Below, in pieces: positions 1 through 9,648 of a stretch of 32,000 nucleotides of DNA. Location: assembly GCF_013177435.1 (NCBI RefSeq), contig NZ_CP053627.1, positions 1,680,001 to 1,712,000 of the forward strand, in the 5' to 3' direction. The notes beneath the pieces were generated by a model. It worked only from the letters and a program-made list of their open reading frames with translations, did no database searches and was not told the origin of the DNA. Position 1 is the stretch's first letter; each line of letters starts with the position of its first letter. Made by a program: the position numbers and the translations under genes. Source of the DNA: Xylella taiwanensis (lineage in GTDB: Bacteria > Pseudomonadota > Gammaproteobacteria > Xanthomonadales > Xanthomonadaceae).

Positions 1-1564
1 AAGGACGCATCGCTGTATCGAAAGTACCCCTCCCATAACCAGGACGAGGGTTAGCAGCAAGAATTTCGCGCACAATCCAAGCCGCACCAGGCGAGATCAA
101 GCGACGCTCAATACGCGGATCATTAGGGGTATAACGCACCCGTCCGGCAACGCCACCACGATTGAACGCAGAAAAGGCACCCACCAGCTCCTGCAACTGC
201 GTACCTGTCCCCCCAAGGATCAACGCCAAATTCGGGGTGGTACCGCGTGAAAAACGCAACTGCACTCCAGCATGCGCCAAGCGCGCCACTAAGCGAGCCG
301 GCCCAATCCGTTCCAATAAGTCGACTGCGGGCACGTTCAACGACTGTCGTAATGCACTGGCCGCACCAATTGGACCATTGAACACGGCATCAAAATTACC
401 CGGGCGATAATCACCAAAACGCTGTGGCGCATCAACCAACAGACTTTCAGAATGGATCAGCCCCTGGTCCAGCGCCATCCCATACAGAAATGGTTTGAGC
501 GTGGACCCCGGCGAACGCCAAGCCTGCACCATGTCCACCTGACCAAGCCGCTTGGCATCACCAAACGCCACCGAACCAACGTAGGCACGTGCTTCCAGAC
601 TTTGATTATCCATCACCAGCACCGCAGCAGAAGTGCGCTCAGGCAACGGCGAGAAGTAGGTACTCACTCGCTCCTCAAGCGTGCGCTGCAAATCAATGTC
701 TAACGTGGTAACAATACGTGCAACCCGTGGCGATTGAGCACGCAGACGCTGCGCCAACAGCGCCGCGTACATCGGCGGTTGCAGTGCACGCGCGACTACC
801 GGTTCAAGCCGCGCATCTTTCACATCTTCATCGGACCAGACACCAAGCACCGCCATGCGAGTGAGCACCTTGTCGCGTGCATACAAGGCTGCCTCCGGAT
901 TACGGTCTGGGCGAAACCGGCTCGGCGACTGCGGCAATACCGCTAACAGCGCCGCCTCAGCATGCGACAAGCGTGCGGCCGACTTACCAAGATAGGCCCA
1001 GCTAGCCGCCTCAACGCCCTGGATAGTCCCCCCATAAGGTGCACGTTCCAAATACAGCTGCAGAATCTGAGATTTACTCAGATGTACTTCTAACTGCACT
1101 GCACGCAACAACTGCCTGAGTTTGCCCCAAGGAGTACGGCCATGCGGCTCAAGAATACGTGCCACCTGCATCGTTAAGGTCGAGCCACCAGAAACAATAC
1201 GACCATAGCGCAGCCAGTGCCCCCCAGCACGTAACAGTGCCCAAGGATTGATTCCCGGATGGTGCCAGAACATACGGTCCTCATAGGTCAACAGGGCCTG
1301 CACGTACAACGGCGACACCTGCGCCAACAGCGCCGGGTAGCGCCATACACCGCCAGCATCAGGGAAGGCACGCAGCGGAGTACCATCTCGCGCAACCACC
1401 AGCATGGCCATATCTTGCGAGGCTGGTAATGGCAGTGGGCAAACCAAGTCCAGCACGAGAAGAAGCGAAAGCAGTCCGGCACAACTCCAGCGCAGCCAGG
1501 TCAAGGCACGAGAGTCACGCAAACAGCCAAACATCAAGACCGAGAATGATGCAAACACGAACAT
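1..1564 (-). CDS. pbpC: Penicillin-binding protein 1C (glycosyltransferase/transpeptidase); the 3' end runs off the window
   Basis: This frame is missing from the ORF track because it has no stop codon inside the window. My translation from the ATG at 1564 (minus strand) reads MFVFASFSVLMFGCL... and stays open to position 2. It carries GT51 glycosyltransferase motifs (EDRMFWHHPGINP, GGSTLTMQVAR) and a transpeptidase SxxK motif (SPGSTLKP). Confidence 0.85.
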   Translation of the reverse strand, partial: MFVFASFSVLMFGCLRDSRALTWLRWSCAGLLSLLLVLDLVCPLPLPASQDMAMLVVARDGTPLRAFPDAGGVWRYPALLAQVSPLYVQALLTYEDRMFWHHPGINPWALLRAGGHWLRYGRIVSGGSTLTMQVARILEPHGRTPWGKLRQLLRAVQLEVHLSKSQILQLYLERAPYGGTIQGVEAASWAYLGKSAARLSHAEAALLAVLPQSPSRFRPDRNPEAALYARDKVLTRMAVLGVWSDEDVKDARLEPVVARALQPPMYAALLAQRLRAQSPRVARIVTTLDIDLQRTLEERVSTYFSPLPERTSAAVLVMDNQSLEARAYVGSVAFGDAKRLGQVDMVQAWRSPGSTLKPFLYGMALDQGLIHSESLLVDAPQRFGDYRPGNFDAVFNGPIGAASALRQSLNVPAVDLLERIGPARLVARLAHAGVQLRFSRGTTPNLALILGGTGTQLQELVGAFSAFNRGGVAGRVRYTPNDPRIERRLISPGAAWIVREILAANPRPGYGRGTFDTAMRP

Positions 1565-3498
1565 ACTCACTCCTGGACGGGATGGCTATTGTGCCTGCTC
1601 CACCAAGAGCTCATAAAATCAAAGCCTTACGACAAGTTAATGGGCGTCTATGAGGTAGAGCAGTCAATGGAACCCTCATTCGCCACCTGAGGATCAAGCG
1701 CTCTGCATGAGGAAACATCATTCTTCAGACAGATGATCTCAGCAGCCGAGAAGCCCGTCACAGCAACGGCTTCACCATGATGCGTTGGTCACGATCGGAT
1801 GCAATCAACGATGCACCAGCGACGTACTCAGGCGTTGTCTTGTAAGCGATCTCCATCGGAAAGGTGAAGGTTCGTCGCATGCAAAGATGCCTTGAATCTT
1901 GCGAAGTCAGCAAAAATGCAATGCGACAAAATCGGCAGCAACTCAATACGGGCAGACAGCATCAACCTGTACAGCAACATATCGAAGCAACTGACTCATG
2001 GTGAATCATTTAGCATCACAACAGCGGCACGACATAGGCACCTTTCAATACGCGTTTCCAGGACAAAGTTATCTTCAGCAACGAAACCGCTACGGCACCA
2101 AACAGCCTTGATCTCTCTGTATTCTCCGTGACACTGGAAATCGGTACACCAGTACACGATGCTCGTACGACGACATATCAAGTCAACGCCTATCAAACGA
2201 CATACGAGGGATTGTCAGTAAACGCCGCCCGTTATTTACCGCACTGAAGTGTCACCCCTTCTTGATCTGCACATCCGTCTGGATCAGGGATCAACAGTCT
2301 TAGCGAGCCAAAACCCAAGTCCCGTTCGCACAGTAGATCTTCCGGAATCCTCAAGCCGACCAGTTCTCCCAAGGTAACGTCACTGGCTGTATGAGGCACG
2401 CGGTCACCCGCATCTGTCGATGGCCTAGCTGCAACCACACTGGACTTAGCCCGGATACCAGAGCCAAGTGATATGCGTGCATTCACCTCCGATGCTCACC
2501 AGTCGCTCCTCCTTGCAATGACTTAAAAAAATCACGGAAACGGCTGGCGAAAACAATCACAACCTCACCGCTCCACGGAACGAACATACGATCTTAAAAA
2601 CAAGCAGTGCTCATGGTGTGGTGGTGTCTTCTCTCATGCGATGCAGGGAGTAGAACAGGACGATCTGCAGGAACGTGCTTTCACCGTGGTTACTTTTCAT
2701 GCAGAAGCAGCATGTCCTTCTGACTGGATACCATTTGATGCACTTCATATAACGAACTGAAAATAAGCAAAGGACAAAAAGATAACAAACACTCGAATGG
2801 CTGGAAGACACTGAGCACAACCAGCGCAGCCACTTCAAGCTGCAACGTAAACCACAGGATGAACCCTGAACTTTCTCCGTATATACGCCGATTCTCCCTA
2901 CATTCGTGTCTACCCATACCGGCTCATCATGCTCTTTCATGAAAGGCATACTGGCGTGTCATCTGCTCTCATCTTTTCTGCGAGCATCGACACAACCATC
3001 GCTTCAGGCATTACATTTTCTTGAGCACAGCCATTGGCTTTTCAACACGCTCATCAGCCATCGTTGCCCAAGATCAATCCAATCACGTTTCGCCCTAGAC
3101 GCTTGCTCTCTTCCAAGTGTCTCCAACATCGGAAAATTCAGAGAAACACACTTTCCACGGTCATGGAGTCATCATCGTTACCTGACTGCAGTAACACTGG
3201 GTATTTACAGGTTAACGCCCTCAATCCGTGCAAAACACGCCCCAATAAATTGAGCACCCCCTCTCATTCCACCGAGATCGTATTTCAGAGACCCTTATCT
3301 CATCCAATGACCTCGTATTTTTCTTGCTTCTTTATTTGTGTTAGTTAATCATTAAGATGGCGTGTTCGAAGTACTACATACTGCGTTCGTTGCCATCACT
3401 ATCCCATATCTTCTGGCGGCTGCCAAAGAGCTCCGCTTGGCCGGTGTTTTCCACGGCTGATCAGGACGCTCTGCGACATTCAGAGAGAGTAAACAGAA

Positions 3499-6381
3499 AT
3501 GAAATTTAGGCCCGACACTCCACATAAATCGATCGTCGTATCGCTCGCTATTGCGATGGCTACGTTCTCTATCCCCGCCACGGGTTTCGCCCAGGACCAG
3601 GAAAAGAATACGAGTACTGCTGCCGTACTGGATACGGTCAATGTGACTGGTACTCGGCTTAAGAGCCAGTCGATGACCGCTTCAAGTCCAGTGGCCGAGA
3701 TTAATGCCGAGGAATTCCAATACAGCGGAGCAACCAAAGTTGAAGATCTGGTCAACCAATATCCGCAATTGTCCTTGAATTTCGATGGTTTTACCAACAA
3801 CGGTGCGGATAGTTATGGCACCGTCGACCTGCGTGGCCTTGGAGCTAAGCGTACCCTGACCTTGGTCAATGGCAGGCGCATTCCCAAGGGCATCGGAGAG
3901 ACGCCAGACATCACCATTATCCCAGCAGCACTTGTCAAACGTGTGGACTTGCTCACTGGCGGCGCATCAGCAGTATACGGTTCGGATGCGGTTGCTGGCG
4001 TGGTTAACTTCGTCCTCGACGATACGTTTCATGGCATCAGTGCCAACGTCGGCTACTCAGCATATCAGCACAACAATGACAACAGCTATATGCGCGGTCT
4101 GATGGACAAAGCCGGCTACTCTTATCCCAAAGGTGGATCCGGTTTCGACGGTATCTCACGCAATATCGACTTAGCGATCGGTGGCAACTTCGGAGAAAGT
4201 GGCCACGCCACTACGTGGCTCACCTGGCGCAAAAACGACGGCCTGTTACAAGGGCGGCGCGACTATTCCGCATGTGCACTCCGCCCAAGCGGTGGTGCCT
4301 GCGGCGGCTCGCTCACCGCTGACCCATCCAATTTCAACATCGTCGCACCAGCGGCCGGCACGTTTTACGTGCTGCCTTCAGCCAACGGGACTTGGTCTAA
4401 AACCAACACCCCAAACCTTTACAACTATGCTCCAGTAAATTACTACCAACGTCCGGATACCCGCTACACCGCTGGTACTAACATCCAGTATGAAATCAAT
4501 AACCATTTCAAACCGTATGTTGAAGCGTTGTTCGTTAATCACCGCAGCTCAATCCAATCCGCACCATCGGGTACGTTTTTCACTGATTTAAGCGTGAACT
4601 GCAGCACCGCCGTTCTAGGCAGCCTGTGCCACGATGTTGGCATTACCGACAATGCATTCACTGTCTATGTTGCCAAGCGCAACGTCGAAGGCGGGCCACG
4701 CACTACCAACTACGACAGTAACAGCGGAAGCATTACCGCCGGTGCTGGCGGCAACCTCATCGGTAACTGGTCCTACGACGTTTCATTTACCTACAACCGC
4801 AGCTCTACGAAGGAAGAACGCTTCAAGGACTTTATAACCACTCGAGTACGCGACGCGTTATTGGGTTGCCCGGCCGGTTCATTTGAGGGGTGCGTTCCTT
4901 ACAATGTTTGGGCAAATAACGTCAGCACAGCTGCTGCACAAGCACTCGAGGGTGTGGGGATTATCAATTACACCACCTCGATGAAAGTACTCAACGGCTA
5001 CGTCACTGGCGACTTCGGTTATGCGCTGCCCTGGGCGAACAACAAGCCGATCAGCTTGGTCGCCGGTTACGAGTGGCGTACCGAAACCTACACACGTACC
5101 GCCGACAGCAATACACAGGCTGGCAATTTTACTGGTGCAGGCGGCCCCACCACCAACGTGAATAATAGTATTAGCGTGAAGGAGCTTTTTCTGGAGAGTG
5201 CAGTACCGGTGCTCGCTAATACCGGTCTACTGAAAGAACTTGATTTACAGTTCGGTTACCGCCGTTCCAACTACGATGTTTCTGGTAGCACCAACACTTA
5301 CAAAGCGGGTTTCGGTGCCAGCTTTGCGGACGGCCAGTACCTGTTACGTGGTGGTTGGAACCGTGCAATCCGCGCACCAAGCATCACCGAGCTGTATGAA
5401 GCAAACACCATTGGACTGTGGGATGGTTCCGATCCCTGCGGCGGTGCCACTCCACTGTTCACTCAAGCGCAGTGTGCCAACACTGGCGTGACTGCAGCTC
5501 AGTACGGGAACATCACCGCGAACCCATCCGGCCAGTACAACGAGATCAGTGGCGGCAACCAGAACCTCAAGCCAGAAACCGCCGATACATGGACCCTTGG
5601 GTTCGCCGCCACACCGATCAAAAATCTTGATCTGAGCGTGGATTATTACAGTATCAAAATTAAGGATACGATCCGCACGATCGGCGCATCGAATATCCTG
5701 ACTGCCTGTGGTCTGACAAACGATACCAATCTGTGCAGCCGCATCCGCCGTAATACCGCCACAGGCGACTTGTTCATGGGAAGCAATCCAGCCACTTCCG
5801 GTCTGGTGTTGAACTCGCTGGGCAACTTCGGTGCATTGCAGTTCCGCGGTATCGATTTGACCGCTTCGTATGCCTGGAACATCGGGCCCGGACGGTTGAC
5901 CACCAGTATGATCGGCAACTACGTGCTCAAGCAGGACTATCAACCCGTACCCGGTATCAGTGCCAACAATTACAGTTGTGCTGGCATTGTCAATACCGCT
6001 TGCGGCAGCACTAACGGCGCTAAGGGAGGGAGCCCGAAGTGGCGACACATGTTGAACGTGCGCTACGGTTTCGACCGTTACACCGTGGGTGCGCGCTGGC
6101 GCTATATCGGAAAGATGGATTACGAAAACACGGATGGCACCCCAGGTTCCACCGACACATTACTGGTCAACCGTGGCAACCGGGTTTCGGCCTATCACTA
6201 CTTGGACTTGAGCGGCTCAGTACAGTTGAGCGATGACATCACCTGGACGCTGGGACTTAACAATGTATTCGACCGTGAGCCTCCCCTGGTCGGCAGTTCG
6301 CTGAGCTACAACGGCAACGCGCTGAGTGGCTATGACCAGGCGGGACGCTATTTCTTCACCAGCATAGGATTGAAATTCTAG
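3499..6381 (+). CDS. TonB-dependent outer-membrane receptor (960 aa)
   Basis: The N-terminus has a signal peptide (…AIAMATFSIPATGFAQ). A TonB-box-like DTVNVTGTR and plug-domain motifs (VDLRGLG, GGASAVYGSDAVAGVVNF) follow. The long beta-barrel ends in the typical terminal aromatic residue (…YFFTSIGLKF). The substrate cannot be told from the sequence. Confidence 0.9.
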   Translation: MKFRPDTPHKSIVVSLAIAMATFSIPATGFAQDQEKNTSTAAVLDTVNVTGTRLKSQSMTASSPVAEINAEEFQYSGATKVEDLVNQYPQLSLNFDGFTNNGADSYGTVDLRGLGAKRTLTLVNGRRIPKGIGETPDITIIPAALVKRVDLLTGGASAVYGSDAVAGVVNFVLDDTFHGISANVGYSAYQHNNDNSYMRGLMDKAGYSYPKGGSGFDGISRNIDLAIGGNFGESGHATTWLTWRKNDGLLQGRRDYSACALRPSGGACGGSLTADPSNFNIVAPAAGTFYVLPSANGTWSKTNTPNLYNYAPVNYYQRPDTRYTAGTNIQYEINNHFKPYVEALFVNHRSSIQSAPSGTFFTDLSVNCSTAVLGSLCHDVGITDNAFTVYVAKRNVEGGPRTTNYDSNSGSITAGAGGNLIGNWSYDVSFTYNRSSTKEERFKDFITTRVRDALLGCPAGSFEGCVPYNVWANNVSTAAAQALEGVGIINYTTSMKVLNGYVTGDFGYALPWANNKPISLVAGYEWRTETYTRTADSNTQAGNFTGAGGPTTNVNNSISVKELFLESAVPVLANTGLLKELDLQFGYRRSNYDVSGSTNTYKAGFGASFADGQYLLRGGWNRAIRAPSITELYEANTIGLWDGSDPCGGATPLFTQAQCANTGVTAAQYGNITANPSGQYNEISGGNQNLKPETADTWTLGFAATPIKNLDLSVDYYSIKIKDTIRTIGASNILTACGLTNDTNLCSRIRRNTATGDLFMGSNPATSGLVLNSLGNFGALQFRGIDLTASYAWNIGPGRLTTSMIGNYVLKQDYQPVPGISANNYSCAGIVNTACGSTNGAKGGSPKWRHMLNVRYGFDRYTVGARWRYIGKMDYENTDGTPGSTDTLLVNRGNRVSAYHYLDLSGSVQLSDDITWTLGLNNVFDREPPLVGSSLSYNGNALSGYDQAGRYFFTSIGLKF

Positions 6382-6410
6382 TTCCAACCTGGTTGTACCC
6401 ATTGATACAA

Positions 6411-6437
6411 GCGGCGGCGGGACAACCCCGCCGCCTG
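6411..6437. terminator. GC-rich hairpin between the convergent receptor gene and the fadB remnant
   Basis: GGCGGCGGG (6413-6421) pairs perfectly with CCCGCCGCC (6427-6435) around a 5-nt loop, 30 nt after the receptor stop codon. Neither side has a clean U-tract, so terminator activity is only plausible. Confidence 0.45.
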
Positions 6438-6453
6438 CCATTTAGCACTCCGC

Positions 6454-7965
6454 TCAGATCAACGATGATGCGCCCCAATCAAGACGCCGCTGCAGGGCTT
6501 TCAAACGTTCAACCAGGATATCGACGCCAACGGTACGAATGTATTGGATTGGGCCGCGGCGGAACGGCACAAAGCCGGTACTGAAGATCACACCAACTCA
6601 AGCAGGTCTGTATCGGCCACCACACCTTCGTGGAGACAAGCCACGACTTCATTAAGTAACCTCAGGATCAGCGTATCCTTCAAGTCAGTCGGAACTTGGT
6701 ACTGCTGCAACACCTGCGGCTTTTACGCACATCCTCTCTGCCAAACATAGCGCCTCTGGCCGTCCTTGTTGCCACGCCGATCCGGGACTGACCCCAGATG
6801 CCACTTCAAGATTCAGCGTATCGATCAGCTCGATTGCCCTCATCGGTATCCCAAATTTCACTGCCACCTCATCAATCACCGGACCTGGAAATCCCCTCCA
6901 TGTAGGCGGTGACTGCTTCCAGAAGGTAGGGAAACAGCACGCAGTCAACGAGAAAATCCTGGGAACTAAACCAAGCACTGGTAATGGGAGCATTATCCAA
7001 TGCCTTACATAACACCGCCAAACGATTTCTAGCAGCAGCATCTTTACTCCGTCAACGGGATCGACACAGCACTCACATCCGCTTTTAATTAACGCGCGTT
7101 TAGCTTCTGACTGCGCGACGATTGCCTCAATCACCACATCGGCCTTGAAAATACCGGTACCACCAACATCACAGTTGAACCGTTGATGCACTCCATGTGA
7201 CTCGTTGCCACCCAGATCCTTGAACTGTTCAGTCAAGAAAAAGATGCGGATCAAATGACGCGCTATCGAGGTAGCAGCACACTTGATGACAACCTCACAC
7301 TCTGCATCTAGACGTGCCTGAATATCACCCCCATGTAAACCCTGATCATGGCGTACGGAGCCGGGTAAGGGTCATAACGTGCCTGACGTACGATCTGTTT
7401 ACACATCTGTCTAGCCAACAGCTTGGGAGCCAACCAGATATTTGTAATCCACACAATCATGTACCACTCTGAATCACAACGAGTACACCAATCAGCTACG
7501 GCAGCACGAGCTACCACCCCAACTCGGGAAAAGACCGAACTTTATCTCGGGCAAACCAATCAGGGTCCAGGCATTATCTGAAGCAATACAGTATCGACAG
7601 CACAGCGCGATCTCATACACAAACTGGGGATCGCCGCCACCGTTGGACAGGGCCATTCAACCACGCGCTGAACACGGCCTGGCCGCAGTGGATCACATCG
7701 TTGCTCCTTCCCTTGCGGTCGAACTCTTCGAACTCCTTAAGATCCGCACCAACAATGAAGCCCTTCGGTTTATTCGAGCGCATCACAACACCCTTGGGTA
7801 CGTCCAACACCAGACGCTCGATCAGGTACCCAGCTCCAGTCACACACTCTGCGAGAGCAGATGAAGCCTGACATCCTGATAATCCACGCTCAGGATCACC
7901 ACACCATCGTCACGCGGTTCTACCCACCAATGGCTGAATGGAAGACCATCAAAACCTGGGAGCAT
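6454..7965 (-). pseudogene. fadB: Decayed fatty-acid oxidation complex alpha subunit (enoyl-CoA hydratase / 3-hydroxyacyl-CoA dehydrogenase)
   Basis: Minus-strand fragments in several frames line up in FadB order:
- N-terminus: MLPGFDGLPFSHWWVEPRDDGVVILSVD (ATG at 7965)
- KGVVMRSNKPKGFIVGADLKEFEEF (track ORF 7613-7843)
- crotonase core: GGDPQFVYEIALCCRYCIASDNAWTLIGLPEIKFGLFPSWGG
- dehydrogenase part: ADVVIEAIVAQSEAKRALI and FGIPMRAIELIDTLNLEVA (track ORF 6685-7254)
- C-terminus: LLNEVVACLHEGVV, then after a frameshift VGVIFSTGFVPFRRGPIQYI, with a stop at 6454

The total span is about 1.5 kb, against more than 2 kb expected for an intact gene. Confidence 0.75.
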
Positions 7966-8183
7966 GAACCAACCATCAATTGTTTGCATATGGGAGGTGG
8001 TTATCATCCGGAGGCTGTTACCTTGACCTCAAATCCAACAGATGATCGACTACGGCCAACCTGACAGGAGAGGCGTTAACCTAAGTGCTGTTGCACACCA
8101 ACGAAAAACGCTGAACTTTATTTCTCACACTGCATGGCTACAGCGGCCGATTTCGTTCGGCTCAATTAGGAGTACGGCCCGAC

Positions 8184-8804
8184 ATGGCCGAAACAAAACC
8201 ACCTCAGTCTCTAGATATAGAATTGGTCCGACGCGTGCAGTGCGGCGAACACACTTCATTCGATACCTTAGTACGCAAATACCAGCATCGGGTCATCGCC
8301 CTGATCGGACGCTACATCGCTGATTGGAGCGAATGTCAAGACGTAGCGCAAGAGACCTTTGTACGCGCCTATCGTGCGATCGGCAGTTTTCGCGGCGACG
8401 CTCAGTTTTCGACCTGGTTACATCGCATCGCTGTGAATACCGCCAAGAACCACCTCGCCGCGCGCAAGCGCTCCCCCCCTACCGATGACATCGAGATCGG
8501 AGAGGCCGAGCAGTTTAATCACACCACACACTTAAGCGACACCAATACACCGGAACGAGAACTCATGCGGCAGGAGTTGGAACAAATCGTGATGAAAGCG
8601 GTCCAAGCACTGCCCGAAGAATTTAAGACTGCTCTTACTCTGTGTGAGGTGGAAGGATTGAGCTACGAAGAGATCGCCCAACGGATGGATTGCCCAATTG
8701 GAACGGTACGTTCACGTATTTTCCGGGCGCGCGAGGCCATCGACGTCGAGTTACGGCCTTTTCTAGAGATCAATAACATGACCCGCAAACAATATCGTGT
8801 ATGA
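8184..8804 (+). CDS. rpoE: ECF sigma factor sigma-E/AlgU type (206 aa)
   Basis: Sigma-70 region 2 (QDVAQETFVRAYRAIGSFRGDAQFSTWLHRIAVNTAKN) and region 4 (LCEVEGLSYEEIAQRMDCPIGTVRSRIFRAREAI) are both present. An AGGAG sits 11 nt upstream of the ATG. The stop codon overlaps the next gene's start as ATGA. Confidence 0.9.
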   Translation: MAETKPPQSLDIELVRRVQCGEHTSFDTLVRKYQHRVIALIGRYIADWSECQDVAQETFVRAYRAIGSFRGDAQFSTWLHRIAVNTAKNHLAARKRSPPTDDIEIGEAEQFNHTTHLSDTNTPERELMRQELEQIVMKAVQALPEEFKTALTLCEVEGLSYEEIAQRMDCPIGTVRSRIFRAREAIDVELRPFLEINNMTRKQYRV

Positions 8805-9541
8805 ACAAACATCTGTCCGAGACTGCTGACAAGTTCGAACTCCACACCCGACTGCAATTGTCCCAACTGATCGATGGTGAACTGCCGCTGGACGCAGCTC
8901 GCTTCCTACTACGTCGGTTGCAACACAACGAAGAATTAGCCAACTGCCAGGAGCGTTGGCAACTGTATGGTGATGTGCTGCGTGGCGTTGTAGTGGCTCC
9001 TGCTCCTGCGGACTTTACCCTACGCGTGCAGGCAGCGGTGGCAGCCGAACCGGCACCCGTCACTCACACCGGGCCGCACCGCCGTTGGCGCTGGGGCGGT
9101 GGGGTGGCGCTGGCCGCCTCACTTGCCGCAGTCATCTTACTGACAGTGCGCGGGTGGCTAGCAATGGCACCACCGTTAACAACAACCGAACTGGTATTTG
9201 CAACGACCGCACAACTGCTCAAGCCCCCTGCATCGACTAAGATTGCCGCAATCCCCAAGTCAAAATACGCAGACAGTGGTACAACACAATGGGGCAAAAC
9301 GACACACAACCGGCAGGTTGCGCCCGAACATACGCTCGCCACCATTCCCACAACAGCAGCCCCACATCGTCTGAATCCATTCACGCATTACAACACAATA
9401 CAAACCAAACCCTGGCCGCGTACTGTTCTCCCTGCTGAGGCACCGTTCAACGCGAATTTCCCTGGTACCGCTGTACCACGTGTGTTCTATCCATTCGAAC
9501 AGCGACTCCCCGAATCGCAGCCTACGTCCCCACAGGAGTAA
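8801..9541 (+). CDS. rseA: Anti-sigma-E factor, RseA/MucA-like (246 aa)
   Basis: The start is translationally coupled to rpoE (ATGA at 8801-8804). The N-terminal domain is RseA_N-like (LSQLIDGELPLDAARFLLRRLQHNEELANCQERWQLYGDVLRG). There is one transmembrane segment (GGVALAASLAAVILLTV). The C-terminal part is proline-rich and I cannot align it by eye. Confidence 0.7.
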   Translation: MNKHLSETADKFELHTRLQLSQLIDGELPLDAARFLLRRLQHNEELANCQERWQLYGDVLRGVVVAPAPADFTLRVQAAVAAEPAPVTHTGPHRRWRWGGGVALAASLAAVILLTVRGWLAMAPPLTTTELVFATTAQLLKPPASTKIAAIPKSKYADSGTTQWGKTTHNRQVAPEHTLATIPTTAAPHRLNPFTHYNTIQTKPWPRTVLPAEAPFNANFPGTAVPRVFYPFEQRLPESQPTSPQE

Positions 9542-9648
9542 GGCCACCACCTCACGCACTGCTCATGATGCTCCGCTTTGTATTTCTACTCACCGGTGTA
9601 GTTGCCCCGGTTTGGATCCCTTTGTTTCGCAATTAGGAGATTAACCTG

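Noticed and set aside
5344-6048. 234-aa minus-strand ORF inside the TonB-dependent receptor gene
   Set aside because: It lies antisense to a well-supported CDS. The composition is Gly/Ala/Thr/Val-rich and shadow-like with no motifs, which is typical of long antisense ORFs in GC-rich coding DNA.
8113-8140. A sigma-E-like -35 element (GAACTT at 8113-8118) upstream of rpoE
   Set aside because: The sequence 16 nt downstream (TGGCT) does not match the TCNAA-type -10 element, so an autoregulated promoter cannot be supported from sequence alone.
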